A stretch of 64,000 nucleotides of DNA from Candidatus Latescibacterota bacterium (GCA_965116875.1 OZ220733.1:128001-192000), one strand, 5' to 3'; counted from the stretch's first letter, positions 20,004 to 31,776 are shown. Notes: a model not told the origin generated them from the sequence alone. A program made the numbers and translations.

Positions 20004-22088
20004 ATGAAAAAGGCTACGACTTCGAGTACGATTCTTCTTTTGGCGGCTGTCTTGTTTGCGCAGTTCGCCCACGCACAGGACTATAATCGCTGGAGCTTGC
20101 CCGAAGGCGCCCGCATGCGTCTGGGCAAAGGAAATGTACGCCACGTGGCGTGGTCACCGGACCGCGCACGCCTGGCCACGGGGGGCACCGCCGGCATCTG
20201 GCTCTACGATGCCCGCACGGGGGCGGAGATTTCCCTGATCACCGGACATTCGTTCAGAGTCAATGCGGTTGGATTTTCTCCCGATGGTCTGACACTGGCA
20301 AGCGGCAGTCGGGACCATACGGTGCGGTTGTGGGACGTGGGAACCGGAGAGGAGAAAGGCATCCTCACAGGGCATAAGTACGACGTCGAGGCGGTGGCAT
20401 TCTCGCCGGATGGGACGACCCTGGCAAGCGGCAGTCGCGACGGCACGGTACGAGTGTGGAACGTGGAAACCGGGCAGGAACAACACAGGCTCATCAACGA
20501 AAAGTACACGGATGAGTATAGTAACCCCTGGGTCGTGTCGGTGGCGTTTTCACCCGATGGAGCCACGCTGGCCAGCGCCAGCCGGGACAGTACCGTACGG
20601 GTGTGGGACGTGGCCACAGGGGAGGAAAAGCACACGCTCACGGGACATACACATGGGGTCTCGTCGGTGGCATTTTCGCCGGACGAAATGACTCTGGCCA
20701 GTGGCAGTCGAGACAATACGGTGCGGGTGTGGGACGTGGAAACGGGACAGGAAAAGAGCGCCCTGGAAGGACATACCCATGTGGTGTATGCGGTGGCGTT
20801 TTCGCCAGATGGAGCGACGCTGGCAAGCGGCAGCTGGGACAAGACGGTGAAGTTGTGGGACGTGGCCACGGGGCAGGAGAAAAACACCCTCACGGGACAT
20901 ACCCGTGGGGTCCGTTCGGTTCTGTTTTCTCCGGACGGTCTGACGATGACAAGCGCCGGATGGGACAACACGTTGCGAGAGTGGGACGTGGAAACGGGAC
21001 AGGAAGAAAGCACCGTCACCCTCACCCTCACAGGGCATACACGTGAAGTACATTCGGTGGCATTCTCACCGGATGGGGGTACGCTGGCCAGCGGCAGTTG
21101 GGACAGGACGGTGCGGTTGTGGGACGTGGCCACGGGGATCGAGAAAAGTACCCTCATAGGACATACCAGTTCGGTCAGGTCGGTAGCGTTTGCACCGGAT
21201 GGCAAGACGATTGCAAGCGGCAGTTACGACAGGACGGTGCGGGTGTGGGACGTGGCCACGGGCCAGGAGACAAGCACCCTTACAGGACATACGGGTCGGG
21301 TCGGATCCGTAGCGTTTTCGCCCGATGGCAAAACGATTGCAAGCGCCGACAACGAGGGTACGGTGCGTTTGTGGGATGCAGCTAAAGGGGCGGAGAAAAG
21401 TACCCTCACAGGACATACTGACGTTGTCTATTCGGTGGCGTTTTCGCCCGATGGCAGAACGCTGGCAAGTTCCAGTGGAGACAGCACGGTACGGTTATGG
21501 GACGTGGCCACAGGGCTGGAGAGAAACACCCTTGCAGGACATTCCCGTTGGATCTTTTCGTTGGCGTTTTCCTATGATGGAGCGACGCTTGCAAGCGCCG
21601 ATGGCGATGGTACGGTGCGGTTGTGGAACGCGGCCACAGGCGAGCATATACGCGCCTTCACCAGCGGCGACAATTTCCGGTCGGTGGCGTTTTCGCCCGA
21701 TGGGACCACACTGGCAACCAGCAGTCCCTTCAAGGTCGTGTGGTTGTGGGACGTCGCCACAGGACGGGATATACGCACCCTCACAGGACATACCGACCCG
21801 ATCAATTCGGTGGTGTTTTCGCCGGATGGGACAACGTTGGCAAGTGGCAGTTACGACTGTACAATTCTGCTATGGGATGTCTCGTCACGCGCCGCGCTGC
21901 AGCCCCTTGCCGCTGACTTCGACGGCGACGGGGCCGTGGGCTTTACTGACTTTCTGCAATTCGCCGCAAAGTACGGGCTGAGCTCGGGAGATGCGGGATA
22001 TGACTCTCGCTTTGATCTGAACAACGACGGGGAAATAGGGTACCATGATTGGCCGCTCTTTAGAAGAAGCTTCGGCCGGGGTACTTGA
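20004..22088 (+). CDS. Secreted WD40 protein W2 (14 repeats) + EF-hand/dockerin-like module
   Basis: GGGAGG RBS, signal peptide, WD40 repeats, DFDGDG/DLNNDG tail. Confidence 0.92.
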   Translation: MKKATTSSTILLLAAVLFAQFAHAQDYNRWSLPEGARMRLGKGNVRHVAWSPDRARLATGGTAGIWLYDARTGAEISLITGHSFRVNAVGFSPDGLTLASGSRDHTVRLWDVGTGEEKGILTGHKYDVEAVAFSPDGTTLASGSRDGTVRVWNVETGQEQHRLINEKYTDEYSNPWVVSVAFSPDGATLASASRDSTVRVWDVATGEEKHTLTGHTHGVSSVAFSPDEMTLASGSRDNTVRVWDVETGQEKSALEGHTHVVYAVAFSPDGATLASGSWDKTVKLWDVATGQEKNTLTGHTRGVRSVLFSPDGLTMTSAGWDNTLREWDVETGQEESTVTLTLTGHTREVHSVAFSPDGGTLASGSWDRTVRLWDVATGIEKSTLIGHTSSVRSVAFAPDGKTIASGSYDRTVRVWDVATGQETSTLTGHTGRVGSVAFSPDGKTIASADNEGTVRLWDAAKGAEKSTLTGHTDVVYSVAFSPDGRTLASSSGDSTVRLWDVATGLERNTLAGHSRWIFSLAFSYDGATLASADGDGTVRLWNAATGEHIRAFTSGDNFRSVAFSPDGTTLATSSPFKVVWLWDVATGRDIRTLTGHTDPINSVVFSPDGTTLASGSYDCTILLWDVSSRAALQPLAADFDGDGAVGFTDFLQFAAKYGLSSGDAGYDSRFDLNNDGEIGYHDWPLFRRSFGRGT

Positions 22089-22251
22089 CGCGGGCAAGTG
22101 GCCTAGGAAACGGGTCGTGTCAGATCTGCATAAGGGCCGGGAGCCACTGCCAACGAGTGGGTTCGTGGCAGGAGAATTAAAGCCTTTACGGACGCCTCCA
22201 TTGACATCGCATCATTCTCCCATTCTTCCCGCGTTCAGAAAGGAGGTGATA

Positions 22252-22407
22252 TTGGATTCCACATCGCTAAATCTCTCGCCTTTGTACGACTACGTGAGAA
22301 TCCAAGGCATTGAAGTCGCCACATCAGTCACAGATTCTCCACGCGGTTTAATTGAAGTCTATCCGAACAAACCCAGTTTGAGATTGTCAGGGAGGATTTA
22401 TAAATGA
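22252..22407 (+). other. Candidate leader ORF after GAAAGGAGGTGAT motif, stop overlapping W3 start
   Basis: TTG at 22252; MDSTSLNLSPLYDYVRIQGIEVATSVTDSP...; TGA overlaps W3 ATG (ATGA). Confidence 0.3.
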
Positions 22408-24494
22408 AAAGGTCACTGGTTTTGAGTCTAGTTCTTATTTCCACGGCTGTCTTGTTTGCACAGTTCGCCCACGCGCAGGACTACAATCGCTGGCGCCTGC
22501 CCGAAGGGGCCCGCATGCGGTTGGGCAAAGGAAACGTGCTTGACGTTGCGTGGTCGCCGGACCGTACTCGCCTGGCCGTCGGAGGCACTGCTGGCATCTG
22601 GGTATACGATGCCAGCACCGGAGAGGAAATCTCTCTGATTACCGGACATTCCTTCAGGGTCAATGCTGTTGCGTTTTCTCCAGACGGTCTGACGCTGGCA
22701 AGTGGCAGCAGGGACGACACGGTGCGGTTGTGGGACGTGGCCACGGGAGAGGAAAAGAGCATCCTCACGGGGCACGGATACGACGTCGAGGCGGTGGCGT
22801 TCTCGCCGGATGGAACGACCCTGGCAAGCGGCAGTCGCGACGGTACGGTGCGGGTGTGGGACGTAGCCACCGGGCAGGAAAAACACACGCTCTTAAACGA
22901 AAGGTACCGGGGGTTGCTAAACAAGCCCTGGGTCTATGCGGTCGCGTTTTCACCCAATGGTCTGACGCTGGCAAGCGCCAACCGGGACACGACGGTGCGG
23001 GTGTGGGACGTGAACACAGGCCAGGAAATACACACGCTCACAGGACATACCCGTCGGGCTACGTCGGTGGCTTTTTCACCGGACGGGTTGGCGCTGGCCA
23101 GTGCAAGCCTGGACAATACCGTGCGGGTGTGGGACGTGGAAACGGGACAGGAAAAGCGCACCCTGGAAGGACATACCCACTATGTGTATTCGGTGGTGTA
23201 CTCTCCCGATGGATCGGAACTGGCAAGCGCCAGTCGGGACAGTACGGTGCGGGTGTGGAACGCGGAAACGGGGCAGGAGAAACACACCCTCACAGGACAT
23301 ACGTCCAGCGTCCGGTCGGTTTCGTATTCGCGGGACGGGATGACGTTGGCAAGCCGCAGTTTCGACAATACGGTCCGGACATGGGACGTGGAAACGGGGC
23401 AGGACAAAAGTACCCTACGCCTTACAGGGCATACACAATCTGTAAACTCGGTGGCGTTCTCGCCGGATGGGACAATGCTGGCAAGCGGCAGTAACGATCG
23501 TACGGTGCGGTTGTGGGACGTGGCCACAGGGCAGCCTATACGCACCTTCGCAGGACATACCCGTGGGGTCGGTCCGGTGGCGTTTTCTCCGGATGGAACG
23601 ACCCTGGCAGGCGGTGGCGGCACTCGGGACGCAACGGTGCGGTTGTGGGACGTGGCCACAGGGCAGGAGAATAACATCCTCACGGGACATACGGCGTCCG
23701 TCGAGTCGGTGGCGTTCTCGCCGGACGGGAAAACGCTGGCAAGCGCAGGCGGTCGGGACGAAACCGTGCGGTTGTGGGACGTGGACACAGGGCAGGAGAA
23801 AAACACCCTCACGGGACATATGAATGGAGTCGGTACGGTAGCGTTTTCGCCGGATGGATCGACGCTGGCAAGCGCTGGTGGAGACAGCACGGTGCGGTTG
23901 TGGAACGCAGCCACCGGGCAGGAGAAAAACTCCCTGACAGTACATACCCGTTGGATCCATGATTTGGCGTTTTCACCCGATGGGGGAACGCTTGCAGGCT
24001 CCGATTCTCGGGGCACGTTGCGGTTGTGGGACGCAGCCACCGGGCACGAGAAAAACTCCGTCACAGTACGCGGCGAGAATTTCTTCTCTGTGTCGTTTTC
24101 GCCGGATGGGACCATGCTGGCAACCAGCAGTCCGTACCGGTCGGTGTGGCTGTGGGACGCGGCCACAGGGCAGAATATTCGTGGCCTCAAAGGACATACG
24201 GATCCGATTTGGTCGGTGGCGTTTTCGCCGGACCGCAGAACGCTGGCAAGCGCCAGTTACGACGGTACGATTCTTCTGTGGGACGTCTCGTCACGAGACG
24301 CGCTACAACCCCTTGCCGCCGACTTCGACGGTGACGGGACCGTGGGCTTTACCGACTTTCTGCAATTCGCCGCCAAATACGGGCTGAGCTGGGGAGACCC
24401 GGGATATGACGCGCGCTTCGATCTGGACGGCGACGGTGAAGTCGGGTCCCGCGATTTGTGGATATTCCAAAAAAGCTTCGGCCGGGGTGGATGA
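22404..24494 (+). CDS. Secreted WD40 protein W3 + EF-hand/dockerin-like module
   Basis: GGGAGG RBS, signal peptide, WD40 repeats, paired DxDxDG tail. Confidence 0.92.
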   Translation: MKRSLVLSLVLISTAVLFAQFAHAQDYNRWRLPEGARMRLGKGNVLDVAWSPDRTRLAVGGTAGIWVYDASTGEEISLITGHSFRVNAVAFSPDGLTLASGSRDDTVRLWDVATGEEKSILTGHGYDVEAVAFSPDGTTLASGSRDGTVRVWDVATGQEKHTLLNERYRGLLNKPWVYAVAFSPNGLTLASANRDTTVRVWDVNTGQEIHTLTGHTRRATSVAFSPDGLALASASLDNTVRVWDVETGQEKRTLEGHTHYVYSVVYSPDGSELASASRDSTVRVWNAETGQEKHTLTGHTSSVRSVSYSRDGMTLASRSFDNTVRTWDVETGQDKSTLRLTGHTQSVNSVAFSPDGTMLASGSNDRTVRLWDVATGQPIRTFAGHTRGVGPVAFSPDGTTLAGGGGTRDATVRLWDVATGQENNILTGHTASVESVAFSPDGKTLASAGGRDETVRLWDVDTGQEKNTLTGHMNGVGTVAFSPDGSTLASAGGDSTVRLWNAATGQEKNSLTVHTRWIHDLAFSPDGGTLAGSDSRGTLRLWDAATGHEKNSVTVRGENFFSVSFSPDGTMLATSSPYRSVWLWDAATGQNIRGLKGHTDPIWSVAFSPDRRTLASASYDGTILLWDVSSRDALQPLAADFDGDGTVGFTDFLQFAAKYGLSWGDPGYDARFDLDGDGEVGSRDLWIFQKSFGRGG

Positions 24495-24762
24495 GGCGCC
24501 GGGTTCGGGACGATATCGAGCCAAGTCTGCATCAGGGCCGGGAACCCACCCCCGTCAGGCGAGTTCCCGGCATGAAAACTGAAACCTTGGCAGACCTCTG
24601 TTCTGACAATCCATCGATCATCCAATCTGGCACGTCTGGGAAGGGGGTGATTTCGGAACCGACATCGAGAAAAGTCAGGCCGTCGAACGTCTGCTTCAAC
24701 GCGATGATCGCCGTCACAAGGGGTTATGCCGACCACGGATCGCGATCTGAAAGGAGGTGATA

Positions 24763-24861
24763 TTGGAATCCACGTCGCTAAATCTCTCGCTTTTGTACGA
24801 CCAGGTGAGAATCCAAGGCATTGAAGGTGCCACATCAGTCACAGATTCTCCATGCGGCTAA
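24763..24861 (+). other. Candidate 32-aa small ORF after GAAAGGAGGTGAT motif
   Basis: TTG start; MESTSLNLSLLYDQVRIQGIEGATSVTDSPCG*; near-identical frame at 36912. Confidence 0.3.
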
Positions 24862-24914
24862 ATTGAAATCAATCCGAACAAACCCAGTTCGTGATTATCA
24901 GGGAGGATTCACAA

Positions 24915-26948
24915 ATGAAAGGGTCAACGACTTTAATCACCCTCCTTCTGTTGACGGCCGTCTTGATCGCCCAGGACAGCCGCGCGCAGGACTACAATCG
25001 CTGGAGCTTGCCCGAAGGCGCCCTCCTGCGGCTGGGCAAGGGAACCACGCGCGCCGTCGCCTGGTCGAAGGACGGCACGCGCCTTGCGGTGGCTGGCAGC
25101 TTCGGCATATGGTTCTACGATGCCCACACCGGCGCCGAAGTTTCCCTGCTCGGCCCGACCGGAGCCGCGTCGTTGGCGTTCTCGCCTGATGGAGAGACGC
25201 TGGCCAGCGGTGGTTTCAAAGAAATTCGGTTATGGGACGTGGCCACTGGTCAGGAGAAAGGCGTCCTCACAGGAAATCGCATTTCTGTCCTTTCGGTAGC
25301 GTTTTCGCCGGATGGGATGACGCTGGCGAGCGGCGGCGGGGACGATACGGTGCGGTTGTGGGACGTGGCCACAGGGCAGGTAAAAAGCACCATGAACGTC
25401 CATACCCGCGACGTCCATTCGGTAGCGTTTTCTCCGGATGGTAAGATGTTGGCAAGCGGCAGTGGCGACAGAACAGTACGGTTGTGGGACGTCGACACAG
25501 GAGAGGAAAGAGGCACACTTCCAGAACAACCCGATTGGGTCGGGTCCGTCGCGTTTTCGCCGGACGGGACGATGCTGGCAGTCGGCAGTGGTGACGGTCT
25601 GGTGCGGCTGTGGGACGTGGCGAACTGGCAGGTAAAGAGTACACTCGAAGGACATACCCGCCCACTCAGGTCGGTCGTGTTTTCGCCAGACGGGAGGACG
25701 CTGGCGAGCGGCAGTATGTACTACACAGTGCTATTGTGGGACGTGGCTACCGGGCAGGTAATAGACACCCTGACAGGACATTCCAACCGTGTGGATTCGG
25801 TCGTGTTTTCACCGGATGGGACGATGCTGGCAAGCGCCAGTGGTGACAATACGGTGCGGTTGTGGGACTTGGCGGCGGGGCAGGAAATAAGAACGCTGAC
25901 AGGACATAATGGATCCGTCAATTCGGTGGCGTTTTCGCCGGATGGTCGGACCCTGGCGCGCGGCAGCTGGGACGATACGGTGATGTTGTTGGACGCGGCC
26001 ACAGGGCAGGAGAAGAGTACCCTGGCACATACCGATTGGGTTAATTCGGTTGTATTTTCACCGGATGGGTTGACCCTGGCGAGCGGTAGCAGCGGCAGAA
26101 TGACGTTGTGGGACGTGGCCACCGGGCACGAAAAAAGCGCCGTGAAAGGACACACGTATGGCGTCAGATCGGTGGCGTTCTCGCCGGATGGTCGGACCCT
26201 GGTAAGCGGCGGTGGTGACAATACAGTGCGGTTGTGGGACGCGGCCACAGGGCAGGAGAAACACACGCTTGCAGGACATACAGACGACGTCAATTCGGTG
26301 GATTTGTCGCCGGATGGAATGACATTGGCAAGCGGTAGTTCGGACAAGACGGTACGGCTTTGGGACGTGGCCACAGGGCAAGAGAAAAACAACCTGACAG
26401 GACATACCCGCGATGTCAATTCGGTCGTGTTTTCTCCGGATGGAACGGTGTTGGCCAGTGGTAGTTCGGACAAGACGGTACGGCTTTGGGACGTGGCCAC
26501 AGGGCAGGAAATAAGCGCAATCGCGCAGCAAACGTCCTGGGTCTATTCAGTCGTGTTTTCGCCGGATGGAAGGACGTTGGCAAGTGGCGGCTCGGACCAG
26601 ACGGTTCGACTTTGGGACGTGGCCACAGGGGAGGAAATAAGCGCATTGGCAGGACATACGGGTACTGTACGTTCGGTGGTGTTTTCGCCGGATGGGATGA
26701 CCCTGGCGAGCGGCAGCAGCACGATTCTCCAATGGGATGTGTCGCGGTTTGTTACGTCACAGCCCCTTGCCGCTGACTTCGACGGCGACGGGACCGTGGG
26801 GTTTCCCGATTTTCTGCAGTTCGCGGCGCAGTTCGGGCAGAGCCATAACGACGCCACGTTTGACGCGAGGTTCGACCTGGACGGCGACGGTACTGTCGGG
26901 TTCAATGATTTCGTGATCTTTGCGCGCAACTTCGGACAGGGTTCATAG
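24915..26948 (+). CDS. Secreted WD40 protein W4 (14 repeats) + EF-hand/dockerin-like module (type B tail)
   Basis: GGGAGG RBS before ATG 24915, signal peptide MKGSTTLITLLLL, WD40 repeats, GFPD/GFND tail. Confidence 0.92.
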   Translation: MKGSTTLITLLLLTAVLIAQDSRAQDYNRWSLPEGALLRLGKGTTRAVAWSKDGTRLAVAGSFGIWFYDAHTGAEVSLLGPTGAASLAFSPDGETLASGGFKEIRLWDVATGQEKGVLTGNRISVLSVAFSPDGMTLASGGGDDTVRLWDVATGQVKSTMNVHTRDVHSVAFSPDGKMLASGSGDRTVRLWDVDTGEERGTLPEQPDWVGSVAFSPDGTMLAVGSGDGLVRLWDVANWQVKSTLEGHTRPLRSVVFSPDGRTLASGSMYYTVLLWDVATGQVIDTLTGHSNRVDSVVFSPDGTMLASASGDNTVRLWDLAAGQEIRTLTGHNGSVNSVAFSPDGRTLARGSWDDTVMLLDAATGQEKSTLAHTDWVNSVVFSPDGLTLASGSSGRMTLWDVATGHEKSAVKGHTYGVRSVAFSPDGRTLVSGGGDNTVRLWDAATGQEKHTLAGHTDDVNSVDLSPDGMTLASGSSDKTVRLWDVATGQEKNNLTGHTRDVNSVVFSPDGTVLASGSSDKTVRLWDVATGQEISAIAQQTSWVYSVVFSPDGRTLASGGSDQTVRLWDVATGEEISALAGHTGTVRSVVFSPDGMTLASGSSTILQWDVSRFVTSQPLAADFDGDGTVGFPDFLQFAAQFGQSHNDATFDARFDLDGDGTVGFNDFVIFARNFGQGS

Positions 26949-27039
26949 GCGCCGTATCAGTGCCTGATCATGCCAGAACTGTATCCATGCTGTTCTACCT
27001 CAGTTAATCTCCGTAATCATAGTCAGGGAGGGCATTCAG

Positions 27040-29205
27040 ATGAAAAGATCAGCGGTTTTGGGCCTCATTCTTTTTCTCACGACTGTTTTGTCTGCGCCGA
27101 ACAGCCGCGCGCAGGATTACCTTCGCTGGGGACTGCCCGAAGGGGCACTGCTGCGCCTGGGGAAGGGCGACACGCGCGTGGTGGCCTGGTCGCCGGACGG
27201 TAAGCGCCTGGCCGTGGCCGGCAGCGTAGGAATCTGGCTCTACGATGCCGGCACCGGGGCGGAAGTTTCCCTGCTCACGGGCCATACTTCCAGAATCAGT
27301 AGTATGATTTTTTCGCGTGATGGGCTGACCCTGGCAAGCGGTAGTCATGACCATACGGTGCGTTTGTGGGACGTAACCGCGGGTCAGGAGAAAAGCACCC
27401 TCACAGGACATACCGATTGGGTCAATTCAGTGGCGTTTTCCCCTGATGAGAGAACACTGGCAAGTGGCAGCAATGACCATAGGGCGATATTATGGGACGT
27501 GGCCACGGGGCAGAAAATCAACACCCTCGCTGGACATACTCATGCCGTTGGTTCGGTGGAGTTTTCGCGTGATGGAAAGACCCTGGCAAGCGGCAGTGGT
27601 GACATGACGGTGCGGTTGTGGGACGTAGCGTCGGGGCAGGCAACAAACACCCTCGCAGGACATACCAATACTGTCAGTTCAGTGGCTTATTCTCCAGATG
27701 GGACAACTTTGGCAAGCGGCAGTCGTGACATGACGGTGCGGTTGTGGGACGCGGCCACAGGACGGGAGAGGCGCACCCTTACAGGACATACGGATTGGGT
27801 CGATCCTGTGGCGTTTTCGCCGGATGGGACAATGCTGGCGAGTGCCAGTAATGACAGTACCGTACGGTTATGGGACGTGGCTGGGGGGCACGAAAAAGCA
27901 ACCCTTAAAGGACATACAAACAGGGTCTACCTTGCGGTGTTTTCGCCCGACGGGACGACGCTGGCAAGCGGAGGTCGCGACGGTACGGTGCGTCTTTGGG
28001 ACGTGGCTACGGGGCAGGAAAAACACACTCTCAGAGGACATACGAGGACCATCACGTCGGTCGCTTATTCTCCAGACGGCACGACGCTGGCAAGTGTCGG
28101 TTGGGACAATACGGTGCGGCTGTGGGACGTGGCCACCGGGCAAGCGAAGGACATCCTCACAGGACATTCCAGTGGTGGCAGGTCAGTGGTGTTTTCACCG
28201 GATGGGGCCATGCTTGCAAGTGCCGGTTCTGACCAGACGGTACGGTTGTGGGACGTGGCCACCGGACGGGAAATAAGCGCCCTCACGGGACATCGGGGCT
28301 GGGTCAGGTCGGTTGTATTTTCGCCGGACGGGACAATGCTGGCAAGTGCCGGGAATGACCGAACGGTACGGTTGTGGGACGTGGCCACGGCGCAGGAATT
28401 AAGCACACTCACGGGACATACGTCCTGGGTCACTTCGGTCGTGTTTTCACCGGATGGGGCGATGCTGGCAAGTTCAGGCTGGGACGATACGGTGCGGTTG
28501 TGGGACGTGGCCACGGTGCGGGAAACATACACCCTCACAGGTCATACACAGACAATCAGATCGGTTGCGTTTTCGCCCGATGGGAGGATGTTGGCAAGCG
28601 GAGGTGGCGACGAATCGGTACGGTTGTGGGACGTTGCCGCAAGACAGACAAGAAACACCCTCGCAGGACACAGCGGCACTGTCAACTCCGTGGCGTTCTC
28701 GCCGGACGGGACGTCGCTGGCAAGCGGAGGTAATGACAATACGGTGCGGTTGTGGGACGTGGCTACTGGGCGGGAAATCAGTACCCTTACGGGACACACA
28801 AATTGGATCTATTCGGTAGCGTTTTCGCCGGACGGGAGGACCCTGGCAAGCGGGGCTGTGGACCATACGTTGCGGTTATGGGACGTGGACACGGGGCAGG
28901 AAAAAGGCACCCTGCCAACGGGGACCCTTTCTGTGGCGTTTTCACCCGATGGGATGACCCTGGCAAGCGGCGGCGGCGGGATTCTTCTCTGGGATGTCTC
29001 GCCTCTTGTCGTACCTCAACCCCTTCCTACCGACTTCGACGGCGACGGCACTGTGGGCTTTCCCGACTTCCTGCAGTTTGCATCCCAGTTCGGGCAGACC
29101 AAGGACGACGCCGGTTATGACGCGCGCTTCGATCTGGACAGTGACGGTACAGTCGGGTTCAACGATTTTGTGATCTTTTCGCGCAGCTTTGGCCGGGGGA
29201 CATGA
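27040..29205 (+). CDS. Secreted WD40 protein W5 (15 repeats) + EF-hand/dockerin-like module (type B tail)
   Basis: GGGAGG RBS, signal peptide, WD40 repeats, GFPD/GFND tail. Confidence 0.92.
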   Translation: MKRSAVLGLILFLTTVLSAPNSRAQDYLRWGLPEGALLRLGKGDTRVVAWSPDGKRLAVAGSVGIWLYDAGTGAEVSLLTGHTSRISSMIFSRDGLTLASGSHDHTVRLWDVTAGQEKSTLTGHTDWVNSVAFSPDERTLASGSNDHRAILWDVATGQKINTLAGHTHAVGSVEFSRDGKTLASGSGDMTVRLWDVASGQATNTLAGHTNTVSSVAYSPDGTTLASGSRDMTVRLWDAATGRERRTLTGHTDWVDPVAFSPDGTMLASASNDSTVRLWDVAGGHEKATLKGHTNRVYLAVFSPDGTTLASGGRDGTVRLWDVATGQEKHTLRGHTRTITSVAYSPDGTTLASVGWDNTVRLWDVATGQAKDILTGHSSGGRSVVFSPDGAMLASAGSDQTVRLWDVATGREISALTGHRGWVRSVVFSPDGTMLASAGNDRTVRLWDVATAQELSTLTGHTSWVTSVVFSPDGAMLASSGWDDTVRLWDVATVRETYTLTGHTQTIRSVAFSPDGRMLASGGGDESVRLWDVAARQTRNTLAGHSGTVNSVAFSPDGTSLASGGNDNTVRLWDVATGREISTLTGHTNWIYSVAFSPDGRTLASGAVDHTLRLWDVDTGQEKGTLPTGTLSVAFSPDGMTLASGGGGILLWDVSPLVVPQPLPTDFDGDGTVGFPDFLQFASQFGQTKDDAGYDARFDLDSDGTVGFNDFVIFSRSFGRGT

Positions 29206-29305
29206 TGCGAACACGCCGTGTTAGAGTGGATTCTCGTCGTGAGATCGGATATGCAACCGGCCTGGAGCGGTCCAGGTTTAGTCCGCGTTTTGAAAGGAGG
29301 TGATA

Positions 29306-29383
29306 TTGGAATCCACGTCAAGAAAAGTCAGACCGCGGAATGTTTACGCGAGTAGCTATGGCTCGGGGAAAGTGCTGAAATAG
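29306..29383 (+). other. Candidate 25-aa small ORF after GAAAGGAGGTGAT motif
   Basis: TTG start; MESTSRKVRPRNVYASSYGSGKVLK*; same-length frames at 19779, 34299, 39311 lack a start codon at that position. Confidence 0.25.
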
Positions 29384-29573
29384 CGCGTCGGTGTTGGAAG
29401 CGGTCGAACGACACCGCCGAACAACGCACACGGGGTCCCTCGATTGCGCCATCACTGGCTCCAGGGCAAATGTAGATCGCGTCAGTCTCAGGCTCTTTAT
29501 GGGTCTCGATCCGCTTCAAATCACGGTTTGTCCGTCTTAATCAGGGTAGATCATAGTAAGGGAGGACATTCAG

Positions 29574-31666
29574 ATGAAAAAGCCCGCGATTTTGAGCTTC
29601 ATTCTTCTTTCTGCGGCTGTCTTGCCGGCGCAGAACAGCAACGCGCAGGACTACACTCGTTGGAATCTGCCCGAAGGCGCCCGCATGCGATTGGGCAAAG
29701 GAAACGTGCTCGACGTGGCCTGGTCGCCGGACCGCACGCGCCTGGCCACGGGGGGCACCGCCGGCATCTGGCTCTACGATGCCCACACCGGCGCGGAAAT
29801 TTCCCTGATCACCGGACATTCGTTCCGGGTCAATGCGGTTGCGTTTTCACCCGATGGTCTGACGCTGGCAAGTGGCAGCAGGGACGATACGGTGCGGTTG
29901 TGGGACGTGGAAACGGGGCAGGAAAGGAGCATTCTCACGGGCCATAGATACGACGTCGAGGCGGTGGCATTCTCGCCGGATGGGACGACCCTGGCCAGCG
30001 GCAGTCGCGACGGCACGGTGCGGGTGTGGGACGTGGCCACAGGACAGGAAAAACACACCCTTTTAAACGAAAAGTACCGGGAATTGGGGAACAGGCCCTT
30101 TGTCTATTCAGTGGCATTTTCGCCCGACGGTTTGACGCTGGCAAGCGCCGGAAATGACTCGACGGTACGGGTGTGGGACATCGAAACGGGACAGGAAGAA
30201 CATACGCTGACGGGACATACCCATCGGGTCTGGTCGGTGACGTTTTCGCCGGACGGAATGACGCTGGCCAGTGGGAGTCGGGACAACACGGTGCGGGTGT
30301 GGGACGTGGAAACGGGACAGGAAAAGTTCACCATGGACGGGCATACCCATTGGGTGTATTCGGTGACGTTTTCGCCCGATGGAGCAACGCTGGCCAGCGC
30401 CAGTCGGGACAGCACCGTGCGGGTGTGGGACGTGGAAACCGGACAGGAGAAACACACACTCACAGGGCATGAGTCCAGAGTCCGGTCGGTTGCGTATTCG
30501 CAGGACGGGATGACCCTGGCGAGTCGCGGTGTCGACAATACGGTGCGACAGTGGGACGTGGAAACGGGGCTGGAGAAGGGCGCCCTCAGACTTACAGGGC
30601 ATACCTCCGCCGTCGGTTCGGTTGCATATTCGCCGGACGGAACGATACTGGCCAGCGGCGGTAGCGACCGCATGGTCCGGTTGTGGGACGCGGCCACAGG
30701 GCAGGAATTGAACACCCTCACAGGACATACGCGGTTTGTCAATTCCGTGGCGTTTTCACCGGATGGGTTGACTCTGGCAAGCGGCGGCAGCTATCGGGAC
30801 GATACGGTGCGGTTATGGGATGCGGCCACTGGGCACGAGAAACACACCCTCATAGGACATACGGGCAGCGTCGAGTCGGTGGCTTTCTCGCCGGATGGCA
30901 AGACGCTTGCAAGCGCCGGCGGCTATCGGGACAGTACGGTGCGGGTGTGGGACGCGGCCACAGGGCAGGATATACGCACCCTCACAGCACATACCGGAAG
31001 GGTCGAGTCGGTGGTTTTTTCGCCGGACGGGTTGACGCTCGCAAGCGCCGGAAACGACTCTACGGTGCGGTTGTGGGATGTGGCCACAGGGAACGAGAAA
31101 CACGCCCTCACAGCAGCTACCCAATGGATCAATGAGGTGGCGTTTTCGCCGGATGGGACGACGCTGGCAAGCGCAGATATTGGCGGTTCGGTTCGGTTCG
31201 GTTGTGGGACGTGGCCACAGGGCAGGACATACGCACCTTCACTGGCGAAAATTTCCGTTCGTTGGCGTATTCGCCGGATGGGATGACGCTGGCAACCGGC
31301 AGTGCGCACAACCGGGTGTGGCTGTGGAACGTACCCTCAGGGCAGGAAATAAGCACCCTCACCGGCCATACCGATCCGATCAATTCGGTGGTGTATTCCC
31401 CGGATGGGAAAACGCTGGCAAGCGCCGGTTACGACGGTACGATCTTGCTGTGGGACGTCTCGTCACGTGACGCGCTGCAACCCCTTGCCGCCGACTTCGA
31501 CGGTGACGGAACCGTGGGCTTTACAGACTTTCTGCTATTCGCCGCGAAGTTCGGGCTGAGCTGGGGAGATGCGGGATATGACTCCCGCTTCGATCTGGAC
31601 AACGACGGGGAAATTCGGAACCAAGATTGGTGGATCTTCCTAAAGAGCTTCGGCCGGGGTGGATGA
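29574..31666 (+). pseudogene. Secreted WD40 protein W6, frameshifted by an extra CGGTT unit
   Basis: ORFs 29574-31286 and 31202-31666 join if one unit of (CGGTT)4 at 31184-31203 is removed, restoring GGSVRLWD. Confidence 0.85.
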
Positions 31667-31776
31667 TACGAACACGCCGCGCAGGGTTCCGGTTGAGCCG
31701 ATTTTCTCCACGAATCCATCGCTCGGCGCAGGTCGTCGACATACTGGAATCAATCACTGTCTTTTCGTGCCATTAA

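Noticed and set aside
22238-22250. 16S rRNA 3'-end fragment (reverse complement GAAAGGAGGTGAT)
   Set aside because: Match limited to the Shine-Dalgarno-length motif; flanks do not resemble rRNA
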